Shown: positions 10,192-20,170 of the stretch, piece by piece
How the letters are laid out: every line of letters begins with the position of its first letter
How positions within the stretch are numbered: position 1 is the stretch's first letter
Assembly (NCBI GenBank): GCA_963674735.2
Contig: CAXXQS010000001.1
Span: 1,440,001-1,504,000, forward strand
Source of the DNA: Myxococcota bacterium
GTDB lineage: Bacteria > Myxococcota_A > SURF-8
Length of the DNA stretch: 64,000 nt
Direction of reading: 5' to 3'
Made by a program: the position numbers and the translations under genes
Notes under the pieces: generated by a model
What the model saw: the letters and a program-made list of their open reading frames with translations, nothing else
Database searches by the model: none
Told to the model about the DNA's origin: nothing

Positions 10192-11325
10192 TCAAATCAT
10201 GCCTTCTATGATTTCGACGTTGGCGCGTGGGATCATCGCTTCTTCACCATCCTCGAATCGAACGGACAGCACACGAACCCGCGTTTCCGATTCGAGCATC
10301 TGTAACTCCGAGGGCATACCGGTTACGCGGCCGATACGCCCGAAATAAGGCTCGCGAATACAACGAACCGGCGAGTCGAGACCAAGTCCACCCATTTGTG
10401 AGGTAGTCCTAAGTTTTTCTTTTGACATGTCGGAGTCGATGGGAATCACGACCTCCGGCCGAATAACGCCCGCCCGAATTTGAGTCGCCCCATTGATTGA
10501 AACGCTGCGACCCTCATTCTTTTTGAACAACCCAAATGTTTTATCCGCCATCTGGATGTGGCCGAACCCTTCCGTTACAATCAGTGTCAGCTTGATATCT
10601 TCGCTGCCTGTAATCGCAACACCTAAGTCATAGCCGAGATAATCGCGAAGATCTCGGTCGTCGAACCCACCCACCACGATACCGCGAATGCCCATTTCTT
10701 CGGCTCGCCGGATCGTGTCAGCCTTGGCAAGCGCCCCCCCCACCACAATGCAGTCCCGATGCGATTCACTAAGAGCGTCCGCTTCAAGAATCTGCTCGGG
10801 GCCGGACACACCCATAACCAGTTTGCCGGTTGTTTCCCCTCCAATACCAAAAATTCCCTGAATGAAGGTCGCCCAACATTCCATCACCACCCCGTTATCC
10901 GGTAAAACCTCCACCACGCGGCCGGGAATATAAGCCCTGACCTCGACGGGGAGTGGGTCACCGCGTAGAATAACCTGTCCGGTAACATTGGAAATGCTTT
11001 CGATCGTCCCCTCGCGTGGGGCGTGTACGTAGGACTTGAACAGGCCGAAAAACGAGGTACTCTTTGCTATAACTTCGTTATTCTCAACTTTTTCCCCCTG
11101 TTGCTTTAACATGGCTGCATGGACTTCTTTCGGCCCGATACCCAGAATATTCGCGATGTTAACCGGATAAACATCACCGGGTAGATCTGTTTGAGCCACG
11201 ATCGTCGCGGCATCCAGCGTTAAACCAGTTTCGGTTAAGACCTTGCCTTTGATAGGGAGAATCCGCCGTTTTTGCACGCGCATGCAATCGGCAACGGTTA
11301 AACCTGGTGTATAGGACTGCGCCAT
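10192..11325 (-). CDS. Conserved hypothetical protein, partner of the GlmL-family gene (barrel-sandwich-hybrid-like N-terminus, KOW-like C-terminus)
   Basis: 377-aa ORF with GGAGG RBS, 32 nt downstream of the glmL-like gene; VHAPREGTIESI, IQGIFGIGGE, NGATQIRAGVIRPE and VRCIREPYFGRIGRV motifs. Confidence 0.8.
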   Translation of the reverse strand: MAQSYTPGLTVADCMRVQKRRILPIKGKVLTETGLTLDAATIVAQTDLPGDVYPVNIANILGIGPKEVHAAMLKQQGEKVENNEVIAKSTSFFGLFKSYVHAPREGTIESISNVTGQVILRGDPLPVEVRAYIPGRVVEVLPDNGVVMECWATFIQGIFGIGGETTGKLVMGVSGPEQILEADALSESHRDCIVVGGALAKADTIRRAEEMGIRGIVVGGFDDRDLRDYLGYDLGVAITGSEDIKLTLIVTEGFGHIQMADKTFGLFKKNEGRSVSINGATQIRAGVIRPEVVIPIDSDMSKEKLRTTSQMGGLGLDSPVRCIREPYFGRIGRVTGMPSELQMLESETRVRVLSVRFEDGEEAMIPRANVEIIEGMI

Positions 11326-11357
11326 CTTACCTCCCGGTGCTAGACGCCCGTTTCATG

Positions 11358-13196
11358 CTAGTTCAGTTTTTCAAGCTTTTCATTGGGATAGACATCGAGA
11401 ACGCCCATCCATTTTTTAAGACGTTCCGCCCTTTCCGTTTCGTCCTCGGGTAACTCGAGCGGCCGTCCTCTTCCATCGAGCAATAATCCGACGACTCCAC
11501 CGCTTACTCGTTTATGCGTTCGTTTGCCACGCCCTGCCCCGACATCGAAGCCTCGAGCGGGTTCGAGCTCCAGCCTGGCGTGTTCGTCTACGCCGAGGGG
11601 GATCAACTTCAATTCCCCGGCCATCAAATCGAAATGCTCCGGAGTTCCCCCTTCCCTCGTCAAGGTGAGCGCGAGAATCTTCTTTCCCGATTTTGATGCC
11701 CCCACCGGAACCACACAGGGACCGAGGTAAATCATACAATCTCTTTCGAATACTTCGGTGGCTGCCTGTGGGTGCAATTGAGAAAGCACACCAAGATGCG
11801 GCATCATAAAGATGGAGTCGACCGCCAGCATGGTTACGCCCTGCGGCTGATACGCATCCAGCAGCATCATTGCCGTCTGAGTCCGTCGGGGCGCATGAGA
11901 AAGAACGCCGCCGGAACCCACAATCAGGTCCAAGGCCATCATATCCACCACGGATTCGTCCTCACAACTATCGAAAGCATCCGAAATGGTCCGTTCTTGC
12001 TGAACGCCTTTTAGCTTGGTTGCAAACGACCGATGCTGGATAAAGGCCAAACGTAGAGCTTCTTTGGCCACCGCTTGTTCCAGCACCAGATCGGCCAGTC
12101 GTTGGGGAATCGTAGTTGGTCGGATCATCTTGTTTTTAATCGCATTGCGCAACTCCCGCTCGTTGATAGCGAAAGGAACCCAGCGCAGCACATTTGCCAA
12201 CCCGGCCTCTTTGAAAACGTTGGCAATCGAGTAGCTCATACCAAGGTTCGCAGAAACGGTACGGTTGAAAGCGTCACCGAACACCGAAAAGACATCCGTC
12301 GTGGCTCCACCGATATCGACGCCAACCACATTGATGTTTTTCTGCTTCCCGATCGTTTGGATAATCAAGCCCACCGCCGCCGGTGTCGGCATGATAGGGA
12401 CATCGGTCCAATCCATCAGCTTCTTATATCCAGGTGCCTGCTGCATGACGTGTTCCATAAACAGATCATGAATTTTGTCACGTGTCGGACCCAGATTCTC
12501 CCGTTCCAGAACCGGCCGTAAATTGGGAACCACGTCAAGATCCGTTTTTTCTGCCAGCCTTTCTTCTATCTCATTCTGCGCCTGTTTCGTTCCCGCATAA
12601 ATGACCGGGAGTTTGTAACTCGATCCAAGACGCGGACGCGGGTCGGCGGCGGCTATCAACTCCGCTAGCGTTACCACATGGCCGATTCGTTCCGTGTCGT
12701 CGGTCAGCCCTGCCAACACAATCATATCGGGTCTGAGCTGCCTAATTCGTTCAATCTGTTGATGCGGCAATCGTTTATCGTTCGAAGCGATGGTATCCAT
12801 CACGATAGCCCCGGCTCCTAAAGCCGCTCGTTCGGCCGATTCCGCGGTCATTTGTCGCACGACCCCGGCAACCATCATCTGTAACCCGCCTCCGGCTGAA
12901 CTGGTGGAGATATAGACGTCGCACCCGATTTCAACCCCATTTTCTCTTCGTGCAGGCCGAACGATCTGGCCACTCTCATCCAGCAGACGCCGTCCGGATA
13001 ATTCCTGCAGTTCCTGCAAAGCATTGACAACGCCATTTGTGACGTCCTCGATGGGGGCTTCGACTGTCGTTGGCGCTTCTCCTCGGTAGGTCTGTCGATA
13101 AACGTCTCCCACTTTTTCGAACAAGATCGCTTTTGTTGTCGTACTTCCGCAATCGGTGGCAACGATTACGTGAATGCGGTTGGGATCTGGCGGCAT
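11358..13196 (-). CDS. GlmL/MutL-family (glutamate mutase L-like) ASKHA actin-fold ATPase
   Basis: DCGSTTTK, SSAGGGL, MPTP, VDIGGATTDVFS, RTVSANLGMSYS and IVGSGGVLSHAP motifs; start at ATG 13196 after a GGGGAGG RBS. Confidence 0.85.
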   Translation of the reverse strand: MPPDPNRIHVIVATDCGSTTTKAILFEKVGDVYRQTYRGEAPTTVEAPIEDVTNGVVNALQELQELSGRRLLDESGQIVRPARRENGVEIGCDVYISTSSAGGGLQMMVAGVVRQMTAESAERAALGAGAIVMDTIASNDKRLPHQQIERIRQLRPDMIVLAGLTDDTERIGHVVTLAELIAAADPRPRLGSSYKLPVIYAGTKQAQNEIEERLAEKTDLDVVPNLRPVLERENLGPTRDKIHDLFMEHVMQQAPGYKKLMDWTDVPIMPTPAAVGLIIQTIGKQKNINVVGVDIGGATTDVFSVFGDAFNRTVSANLGMSYSIANVFKEAGLANVLRWVPFAINERELRNAIKNKMIRPTTIPQRLADLVLEQAVAKEALRLAFIQHRSFATKLKGVQQERTISDAFDSCEDESVVDMMALDLIVGSGGVLSHAPRRTQTAMMLLDAYQPQGVTMLAVDSIFMMPHLGVLSQLHPQAATEVFERDCMIYLGPCVVPVGASKSGKKILALTLTREGGTPEHFDLMAGELKLIPLGVDEHARLELEPARGFDVGAGRGKRTHKRVSGGVVGLLLDGRGRPLELPEDETERAERLKKWMGVLDVYPNEKLEKLN

Positions 13197-13375
13197 CTCG
13201 GATAAACCTCCCCTGAAACCGATGTGCAGCCTGGGCACATTCGGCCTATCTATTCAATACCTTAAGCGTTTTCAGGCTAACATTCGTTAGAAGCGGAGTC
13301 AACGCCTTTATGCGATACAACAGGATAGAAATTCGCAATGTTAATTGTGCGCAGTGTTCCGCCGAAGATGACACG

Positions 13376-13408
13376 AAAAAACCCGCTTCCCATTTGGGGT
13401 AGCGGGTT
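13376..13408 (-). terminator. Rho-independent terminator after the wHTH gene
   Basis: Minus strand AACCCGCTACCCCAAATGGGAAGCGGGTTTTTT, a stem-loop followed by a U-tract. Confidence 0.75.
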
Positions 13409-13434
13409 CTCAAAATAGATCAAATGGATCGGTA

Positions 13435-14088
13435 TCAGGCCTTCTTACGACGACCTTTGCCTTTTTTTCCGGAAGCCTTGAACTCACCAACGAGATCCAC
13501 CAACGTAGCGCCTTTAACCTTTTCGTATTCGAGGTCGAAACGCCGTTTAGCGGCATCGCTGCCCACGACTTTGGCTTTGAAATCGGCTTCACTTACGACC
13601 ATGCCTTGGACGGCAAAACCGTAGTTCAGGTTAAGAGCATTTTCGAGGATTTCGCTAAGCTCTTTTTCTTCCGCTTTCTTCAGATTCGCCACCACCACGA
13701 ATTTAGCCGTTTCGCCGGTTCGCGCATGGGAAATCGTCAAAAACGCCGACTTGACCGCAGCCTGCTTGGGTTTCATCGCTTTAACGAAAAGCTGGTTGAT
13801 GTCTTTGTTAAGCGCGCGTTCTTTTTCGAACACAGGCTCTAAAAGATCCCAAATGACTTTATGGTCACGATTGATCGTGTACGAATAAGCGCGACCTACC
13901 GCTTTGCGGAATAGCGCTTTGTTCTTAACCAGACTGTCAAGCGACAACTGGCAAGACCTCGGCGAAATACCGGCGATAGCGGCAATGCGGCGACCTGTCA
14001 TCGCATCGTCGGATTCGTACAAAACACGGAGAATCTCGACTTTGGATGTGGTCCCCAATAAATAATTGAGCATTTTTGTCTGAACCAT
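13435..14088 (-). CDS. Winged-helix HTH protein with degenerate minimal-nucleotidyltransferase-like C-terminal domain and basic tail
   Basis: SKVEILRVL...MTGRRIAAIAGIS...SLDSL...GRAYSYTIN winged helix; AGGAGG RBS; tail KASGKKGKGRRKKA. Confidence 0.75.
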   Translation of the reverse strand: MVQTKMLNYLLGTTSKVEILRVLYESDDAMTGRRIAAIAGISPRSCQLSLDSLVKNKALFRKAVGRAYSYTINRDHKVIWDLLEPVFEKERALNKDINQLFVKAMKPKQAAVKSAFLTISHARTGETAKFVVVANLKKAEEKELSEILENALNLNYGFAVQGMVVSEADFKAKVVGSDAAKRRFDLEYEKVKGATLVDLVGEFKASGKKGKGRRKKA

Positions 14089-14323
14089 TCTTTCCTCCTG
14101 CCTTTATGTGCCTATTTCCCCACAAAAAAAACACATTGTCTTAAATGTCTTTATAACCGTTTGTCTTGTTATTGTCTATCTTTTATTAAGGAATAATAAC
14201 ATTTAATCTACATAAAACCTCCTTGATGAGACTCCTGTTTCTATTCCCCCCCTATCGCATTCCATTTCACATGCCTACGATTTTGCTTTCCGTGCCGAAA
14301 TTGTTCCGTCACCTCCGCAAAGT

Positions 14324-17300
14324 TTACTTCCCCTGGATTTTGAACTGAAGAATTATTCCGTCGATACCAGCCGAATAAACATTTTGTCTTCCGAAGCCAG
14401 ACATCGATTTCATACCGAACGTCGGGAATTGTTCCAGAGGTTGCCACAATTCACTGGTTGAGTCGTACAGGTAAAGCTCAAGCAACCCCGCGTTGTCGGC
14501 TAAAAGAAAGAGGAGATCGCCTGCTGCAAACAAGTCGACCGGCACGAGTGTCAGGGGTAAATCGCCGGAGATATCTCGCCAACTTCCCGAATCGTTGGTT
14601 ACAATCTGGACTTCGCCTCCAACAAAACCAGCCGCATAAACGGCCTGTGCATTGATTCCGGTTATCTGCGTAAGTCCTGCACCAGATGGGTCGTACACGA
14701 CATCCATGCTTGTTCCGTTCAGCTTGCTTACGCCGTCCGGCCCAACACCAAATAATTGGTCGACCTGATCCGTCCACAACTCCACCACCGTCTGATCGCT
14801 TGCGCCTGCACCCCAAGTAACCGACGAAAACTGGGAGCCGTCGTAGTGTTTCAAGGTCGGACCCACATAGAAATCGTCGGGAGCGAAACCGGCAACAGCC
14901 GAGGTGAATTCACTAGTCGTAACCGCGGAAGCCGTACCAGCACTATTATCGTAAATCACGACAGCGGATTGATCGGTCGCCATGAAAAGATAGCCGTCGT
15001 TACTTGCCCAAGCATGAACAAAATCCGTCGTGGTCGGGAGTGAGAGGCCGGAAAGGTTTATCGCTACGCTTGACCAATCACCGGTCGCCATTGTTTTTTT
15101 CCACAAAACGCCATCTGAACCTCCAGCGAAAACATGGGTGATATTCAAAGTCGTGATCCAAGCCAGATCATCTTCTATCCCGTTTTGTGCCACCAAGGTC
15201 ATGGCACTGGCATCTCCCATCCATATTTCGCCTAGATTGGAAAGGATAAATACCGGACTCGCTCCACCGCCAAACACATGGTGATAATCCGCCCCGAGAA
15301 TCTGCATGTCAGGAATGGCCGACCAGAGCGACCCATTGAAATGGACTGCGCGGCCCGTCGTTCCATCAATGGAAACACCGACAAGATAGAGGTCGTTGGA
15401 GCCGGTTCCCCATACATCACGAACCGTAAAGGTCGAATCGTAATTGATGGTTTCCCAGCTACCGTCGTAATGAAAGAGGCTCGTACCAAACGGAACATAG
15501 ATTTCATTCGTATCCGCGAAACCGAATACCTTTTCGTAAACCCCGGCGGTCGGTTTGACCAGGCTTGTCCAGTTCGTGCCATTATAACGGTAGACATCCT
15601 TCCCAACCACATACACATTCGAAGCGTCCTTGGCCCAGATATCCTTGGTTTCATCGAAGGTTTCCCCGTCGTTCCCAAGAATCGACCACCCTCCGTCAGT
15701 CAACATGTGCACCGTCATGGTGTTGTTGTTCTTGTCTTCGAGTAAATACAGATTCCCCAGTCCATCGAGATGGATGGCTTTAAAAAGGCTGGAATCCGCA
15801 CTTTTAACAGCCGTCGCCACCTCTCCATCCCAATCGAAGAGCGTATCTTCGGTCAGTAGAAAGATCTGCGTTTCGCTGCGTTTGGCCACATCAATGTAGT
15901 CCGGACCACCCTGGAGAACTTGGATGAATTCATTGTCGTTGGAGTCGAGGTAATACAGCAGAGCCCCATCTTCTCCGCACATCCATACATCATCCGCCGC
16001 AACGGCGTGCGCATTGGTAATGATGTTGCCGGAATGGTAGGGATTTTCCCAACAAAAACAATCGGAATTGCAGACATCATCCACATCGGGCAAGCAGGTG
16101 AACTCGATGGGCTGAGGCGATTCGTCGTCCATCTCGCCGACTTCCGCTTCGTCGTCTAGCTCAGCTTCGACTTCCAACTCGAGATCCCCATCGGTTTCCA
16201 GATCGTCCTCGACGACATCCACTTCCTGATCGCCGTCCACTTCGGTTTCCCAATCCCCATCGATTTCGAGATCGGCTTCCTCATCACCGTCAACTTCCGG
16301 TTCTTCCTCTACATATATCTCGAAGGCGTTCAGTAATACTCCGCCCTCTCCGCCCATGTACAGATTATCGAAGGAAGGACCCGCCAACTCATGCAAACTG
16401 CCATTAAAGCCCGTATCGATACGCTCGAAGTTTTGTTCACTCCTCAGCAGATACAAGCCGCCCTGGTCAGTCACGATGAAGACATGATCTTCGTCCGTTC
16501 CCCACACGCGCGTCGGATTCTCACCCACATTCAAATCGGGAAGACTCACCGATGTAAACTCTTCGCCATCGGAGAACCATACTTTGCCGCCATCGCCGAC
16601 AATCCATATGTAATCGTTGTCCGCTCCCCAAATGTCACGCAACGGAGTTGAGTCGACCGTGTCGAGAACCTTGGCGCGCCAAGTGTCATCTGCACGTCCC
16701 GGCACTTTCTGAGCAACGACGGAGCCGTCACCGACCAACCAGACATTGCTGGCCGATTCGCCCCAGACTCCATGCCAGTTGAACGGGCTGATAATTGTCG
16801 GCGCTCCCGGGTCCAGGCTCCCGTCTACTTCCGAAAGCTCCACATCCCCGTCCGGCAAGCCGGCCCAGGGAACAACCCCATCGGTCAGTTCCGCCCAGTT
16901 CAGTCCATCGAAATGAACAACGCGCCCTCCCACGGCATAGCGATCGTTATCGGCCGCCGCCCAGACTCGTTCGACGACGGTGTTGATCAATGAGTTATCG
17001 GCCTCCAAATAAATCGAGGATTCGCCGGGAGTCCAGCGATAAACCGCATCATTGAAGAATAAAACCGTCCCGTTGGACAAGACCCAGATGTCATTGACAG
17101 GCTGTCGATTGCCATCGAGGCCCAGGTGTCCGATTTCATTCCAGGCCTGTTCGATGACATTATAATATCGGATGTCGCCGATGCTGTCACCGAAGTACAG
17201 AGTGTTCAACTTGCCGCGCATGGCGGTGATATCATGATAAGTGTAGGGACCGTTTTCCCCGTCTTGAGTGCGCGGAGACGGGCGATTGATAATCTCCCAA

Positions 17301-18679
17301 CCCAACCCGGGACCGGTCGCCCAAATGGTTCCACGTAAACCGACCACGTATATTTCTCCCAATGGCGTAACCGCGACATCGGTTAAATCGGTTGTGTCCG
17401 GGGAATCGACTTTTCGCCACATATGATTTTTCAGGAAAGCAGGTGCCGTTTCATCGTCGACATACTGAGGATTGCTGGCGGTAATCAGGTCGTAAACGGT
17501 TCCCTGCGCCCCGACCAGATACAGAAGGTCGCCGTTGCCATCGATTCCGGTTAAGTTCGTGCTGTCCCCATTCGGCAAACCGAAATTCCACCATTGAGTG
17601 CCATCGTGGAACAAAACCGTTCCCGCGTCGCCTACCGCGAACACACGATCCGCTCCAAAGCCGTAGACATCGCGCAGATGATTCGAGGTCAACGCCTGGG
17701 AAGCCGGATCTGAGACGAACGTGTATTGGTTGTCCGAGAAAAGGGTAAATCCTTCATCGCCGACAATGACATACAATTCCTGTGGTATCGACCACATCCC
17801 ACTCAATCCGAGATTGGCTGTCGCCGAATTGAGCTTGGTCCACTGGTTGTTGAAGAAGCGATACAACGTGCCCTGTTCGCCGAGCACGTACGTATTGCCG
17901 ACTCCATCCAAATGGACATGCCGGAAGGTATAGCCGTTAAGTCCGGCCAAGCCGAAATTGAAGGTGGGGATTTTGCTCCAGCCGTTTTCTTCGCCTTGAT
18001 AACGTTGAACGGTGGCGTTTTCTCCGGCCGCCCATACATTGGTGTCATCCGACCCGCCGACTCCCAGCAACTTGGAGAGCGACTGACCGTTCAATCCATC
18101 AAAGATTTCCTTATCGGACGCAATTCGCGTTCCCTTGTCTCCGGCAATCCAGAGAGAGTCGTCCGGGCTATCCCAGATAGAGAACAGATCATGCGCCACC
18201 GGGAAAGGTTGAATCCAACAAACGCCGGTTGCGGTGCAGGTTTCTCCACCATAGCTTTCGGGCCAATCAATGGGGTATTCGATTTCCTGTTCCACTTCCT
18301 CTTCAGCCTCTGCGTTTTCTTCGTCTTCACCCTCGCTCAGATCGTTATCCACATCCCCATCGATTTCGTTCTCTTCTCCTTCTTCGATCTCTCCCTCGGG
18401 GATATCCATATCGCCATCGGTCGGCAATGGAGATTCGTTGCGTTCAATTTCGTAGCCGAACTCCTTGTCACCATCCGGAATTTCGCCGCACTGTTCGGGC
18501 GGTACGCAGGTGCCGTCGCAGCAAACTAGCCCTTCTTGGCAAAGGTCGCCATTGGCGCCGACACAGCCCTGCCCTTCACCGCCGACACCTGAATTCACAC
18601 AGGCCGCAAAAGGAATTAGAACGAAAAGAGCCCCTATCAGAACACCCATTCGAGTGATTATGCTTCTGGTCATCTTCAC
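14324..18679 (-). CDS. Large (1451 aa) lipoprotein with two blocks of beta-propeller-like repeats and acidic DGD linkers
   Basis: Signal peptide and lipobox FAAC; many VWG/IW-x-S...W-x-VG-x-x-G repeats; two Glu/Asp-rich linkers. Confidence 0.85.
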   Translation of the reverse strand: MKMTRSIITRMGVLIGALFVLIPFAACVNSGVGGEGQGCVGANGDLCQEGLVCCDGTCVPPEQCGEIPDGDKEFGYEIERNESPLPTDGDMDIPEGEIEEGEENEIDGDVDNDLSEGEDEENAEAEEEVEQEIEYPIDWPESYGGETCTATGVCWIQPFPVAHDLFSIWDSPDDSLWIAGDKGTRIASDKEIFDGLNGQSLSKLLGVGGSDDTNVWAAGENATVQRYQGEENGWSKIPTFNFGLAGLNGYTFRHVHLDGVGNTYVLGEQGTLYRFFNNQWTKLNSATANLGLSGMWSIPQELYVIVGDEGFTLFSDNQYTFVSDPASQALTSNHLRDVYGFGADRVFAVGDAGTVLFHDGTQWWNFGLPNGDSTNLTGIDGNGDLLYLVGAQGTVYDLITASNPQYVDDETAPAFLKNHMWRKVDSPDTTDLTDVAVTPLGEIYVVGLRGTIWATGPGLGWEIINRPSPRTQDGENGPYTYHDITAMRGKLNTLYFGDSIGDIRYYNVIEQAWNEIGHLGLDGNRQPVNDIWVLSNGTVLFFNDAVYRWTPGESSIYLEADNSLINTVVERVWAAADNDRYAVGGRVVHFDGLNWAELTDGVVPWAGLPDGDVELSEVDGSLDPGAPTIISPFNWHGVWGESASNVWLVGDGSVVAQKVPGRADDTWRAKVLDTVDSTPLRDIWGADNDYIWIVGDGGKVWFSDGEEFTSVSLPDLNVGENPTRVWGTDEDHVFIVTDQGGLYLLRSEQNFERIDTGFNGSLHELAGPSFDNLYMGGEGGVLLNAFEIYVEEEPEVDGDEEADLEIDGDWETEVDGDQEVDVVEDDLETDGDLELEVEAELDDEAEVGEMDDESPQPIEFTCLPDVDDVCNSDCFCWENPYHSGNIITNAHAVAADDVWMCGEDGALLYYLDSNDNEFIQVLQGGPDYIDVAKRSETQIFLLTEDTLFDWDGEVATAVKSADSSLFKAIHLDGLGNLYLLEDKNNNTMTVHMLTDGGWSILGNDGETFDETKDIWAKDASNVYVVGKDVYRYNGTNWTSLVKPTAGVYEKVFGFADTNEIYVPFGTSLFHYDGSWETINYDSTFTVRDVWGTGSNDLYLVGVSIDGTTGRAVHFNGSLWSAIPDMQILGADYHHVFGGGASPVFILSNLGEIWMGDASAMTLVAQNGIEDDLAWITTLNITHVFAGGSDGVLWKKTMATGDWSSVAINLSGLSLPTTTDFVHAWASNDGYLFMATDQSAVVIYDNSAGTASAVTTSEFTSAVAGFAPDDFYVGPTLKHYDGSQFSSVTWGAGASDQTVVELWTDQVDQLFGVGPDGVSKLNGTSMDVVYDPSGAGLTQITGINAQAVYAAGFVGGEVQIVTNDSGSWRDISGDLPLTLVPVDLFAAGDLLFLLADNAGLLELYLYDSTSELWQPLEQFPTFGMKSMSGFGRQNVYSAGIDGIILQFKIQGK

Positions 18680-18721
18680 TTCACGATCCTTTCTTTAATG
18701 AACCGCTTGCGCCCGAAATCG

Positions 18722-19825
18722 TTAAAATCGCGTCTGCGCCTGTACAAAAAATCCGTCGGGAGTAACGGAGATGCCACCTCCGGAACCGAATGTCTCCGGG
18801 CCTTTGTCCTGAATGTCCAAGACAAATAGAACAATCGAACTGACCAGGAAAGCTCCACCCAATCCATACATCACGTTTGAAGTGATCATATAGGTTTCCC
18901 TTTGGTCATCTTTGTCTTTCAAATCTTGAATCGTCAGGGCTTTCTTGGCATCATCGCGCGCTTTATTGGACAACACTCCAAACGTCAGCCCCAACGCGCC
19001 ACTGACAGCCGCAAGACTCAGGGTCGTCCAGGCCCCCACTTTCAAACCTAAATTCCGGGTTTTAGCAGGTGCGGGAGCTTTGTAGATCGCATCGGCATCA
19101 TCCGGCGTTGAAATGGGTACCACCATCCCGATGGGACGATCGGTGATCAATCCGGCATTGACCAACATTCGTCGATATCCCTGCTGGCCCAGATTGGGGA
19201 GTTTGCTTGAGTCATACTCGGTTTGTAGTGATTCGGCCATAACCCTTGAGCGTCTTAGATCCACCAAACGAATGAAAAGGGAGTATTCGGCCTGTTGCCG
19301 TGGAAGTGGAGAATCGGTGTTCATGCCAGCCTGCATCTCAGGCTTCGGTCCGATTGCGGTCATGCGCAACTTGGATACAACAACCAAGTCGAGATCGCTC
19401 GCTTTCAAGGCCTTCGCCAGACACGAAGCATCGATCCAGCACTTGTTGTACATGGATTTCTCAGCTGGTCCCAGGTACTTCATGACGTTATTGTGTGGAA
19501 TTACGGTACGTTGGGCTGCGTTTATCTCTTCGGATGTCATTTGAAGATATTCGAAGATCCGGCCTCTCGTGAGATCCGAAACGGCATTCTCCGCTTCAAA
19601 TGTCGATCGGACTTCCATAACACCAATGCGGAGATTGCGCGCATTCGCATTTTGAACAGAGACCCCGCTATCATCTGAATAGCCATCATCGGAAGTTGAG
19701 GAATAAGGGTCATCATTACCAACAAGAACGTCATCATCATCGGAAACTGCCTGCGCCTCAGCCGAAATCACGATCATCCCGAACATCACAAGCAAGGCAA
19801 TCGAACCGAGCTTCACTGCGTTCAT
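18722..19825 (-). CDS. Secreted or membrane hypothetical protein with a myxobacterial-type C-terminus (two hydrophobic helices and a terminal aromatic beta-strand)
   Basis: Signal peptide ending AEAQA; C-terminus VGAWTTLSLAAV...MYGLGGAFLVSSIVLFVL...VQAQTRF; start placed at ATG 19825 after AAGGA. Confidence 0.7.
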   Translation of the reverse strand: MNAVKLGSIALLVMFGMIVISAEAQAVSDDDDVLVGNDDPYSSTSDDGYSDDSGVSVQNANARNLRIGVMEVRSTFEAENAVSDLTRGRIFEYLQMTSEEINAAQRTVIPHNNVMKYLGPAEKSMYNKCWIDASCLAKALKASDLDLVVVSKLRMTAIGPKPEMQAGMNTDSPLPRQQAEYSLFIRLVDLRRSRVMAESLQTEYDSSKLPNLGQQGYRRMLVNAGLITDRPIGMVVPISTPDDADAIYKAPAPAKTRNLGLKVGAWTTLSLAAVSGALGLTFGVLSNKARDDAKKALTIQDLKDKDDQRETYMITSNVMYGLGGAFLVSSIVLFVLDIQDKGPETFGSGGGISVTPDGFFVQAQTRF

Positions 19826-20170
19826 CCCGAACATCCTTTCTTTGTGGACGTTTCGATCAATATGCAACTATTGTCTGCAACCGTATTGCGTTCATATAAG
19901 TTGCGGGATTTTATCATGGTTCAATCATTCTAGCAAGAAGGGCAACGTATCCCGGCTACTTTACTCTCCGCTTTCAGTCAATCCTCATTGTCGAATCCTA
20001 TTTTCATAGAAAATACCCCATTTTAGCGATTGTCAGGAGTGAACCGACCGCCTTCGTAAAAGCTTAGCTGTCCGCTCCATTTCGCTCTCAATTCTATCTG
20101 AAGTCCATAAACTGGTAATGAATCAGATTTTTCGCAGGCTTCCCGCCCCACCATTGCGCCGGAGACATGT

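Noticed and set aside
11358-13196. Calling the gene DNA mismatch repair mutL or a catalytic glutamate mutase subunit
   Set aside because: The motifs are ASKHA actin-fold, not GHKL, and no B12-binding DxHxxG motif is present.
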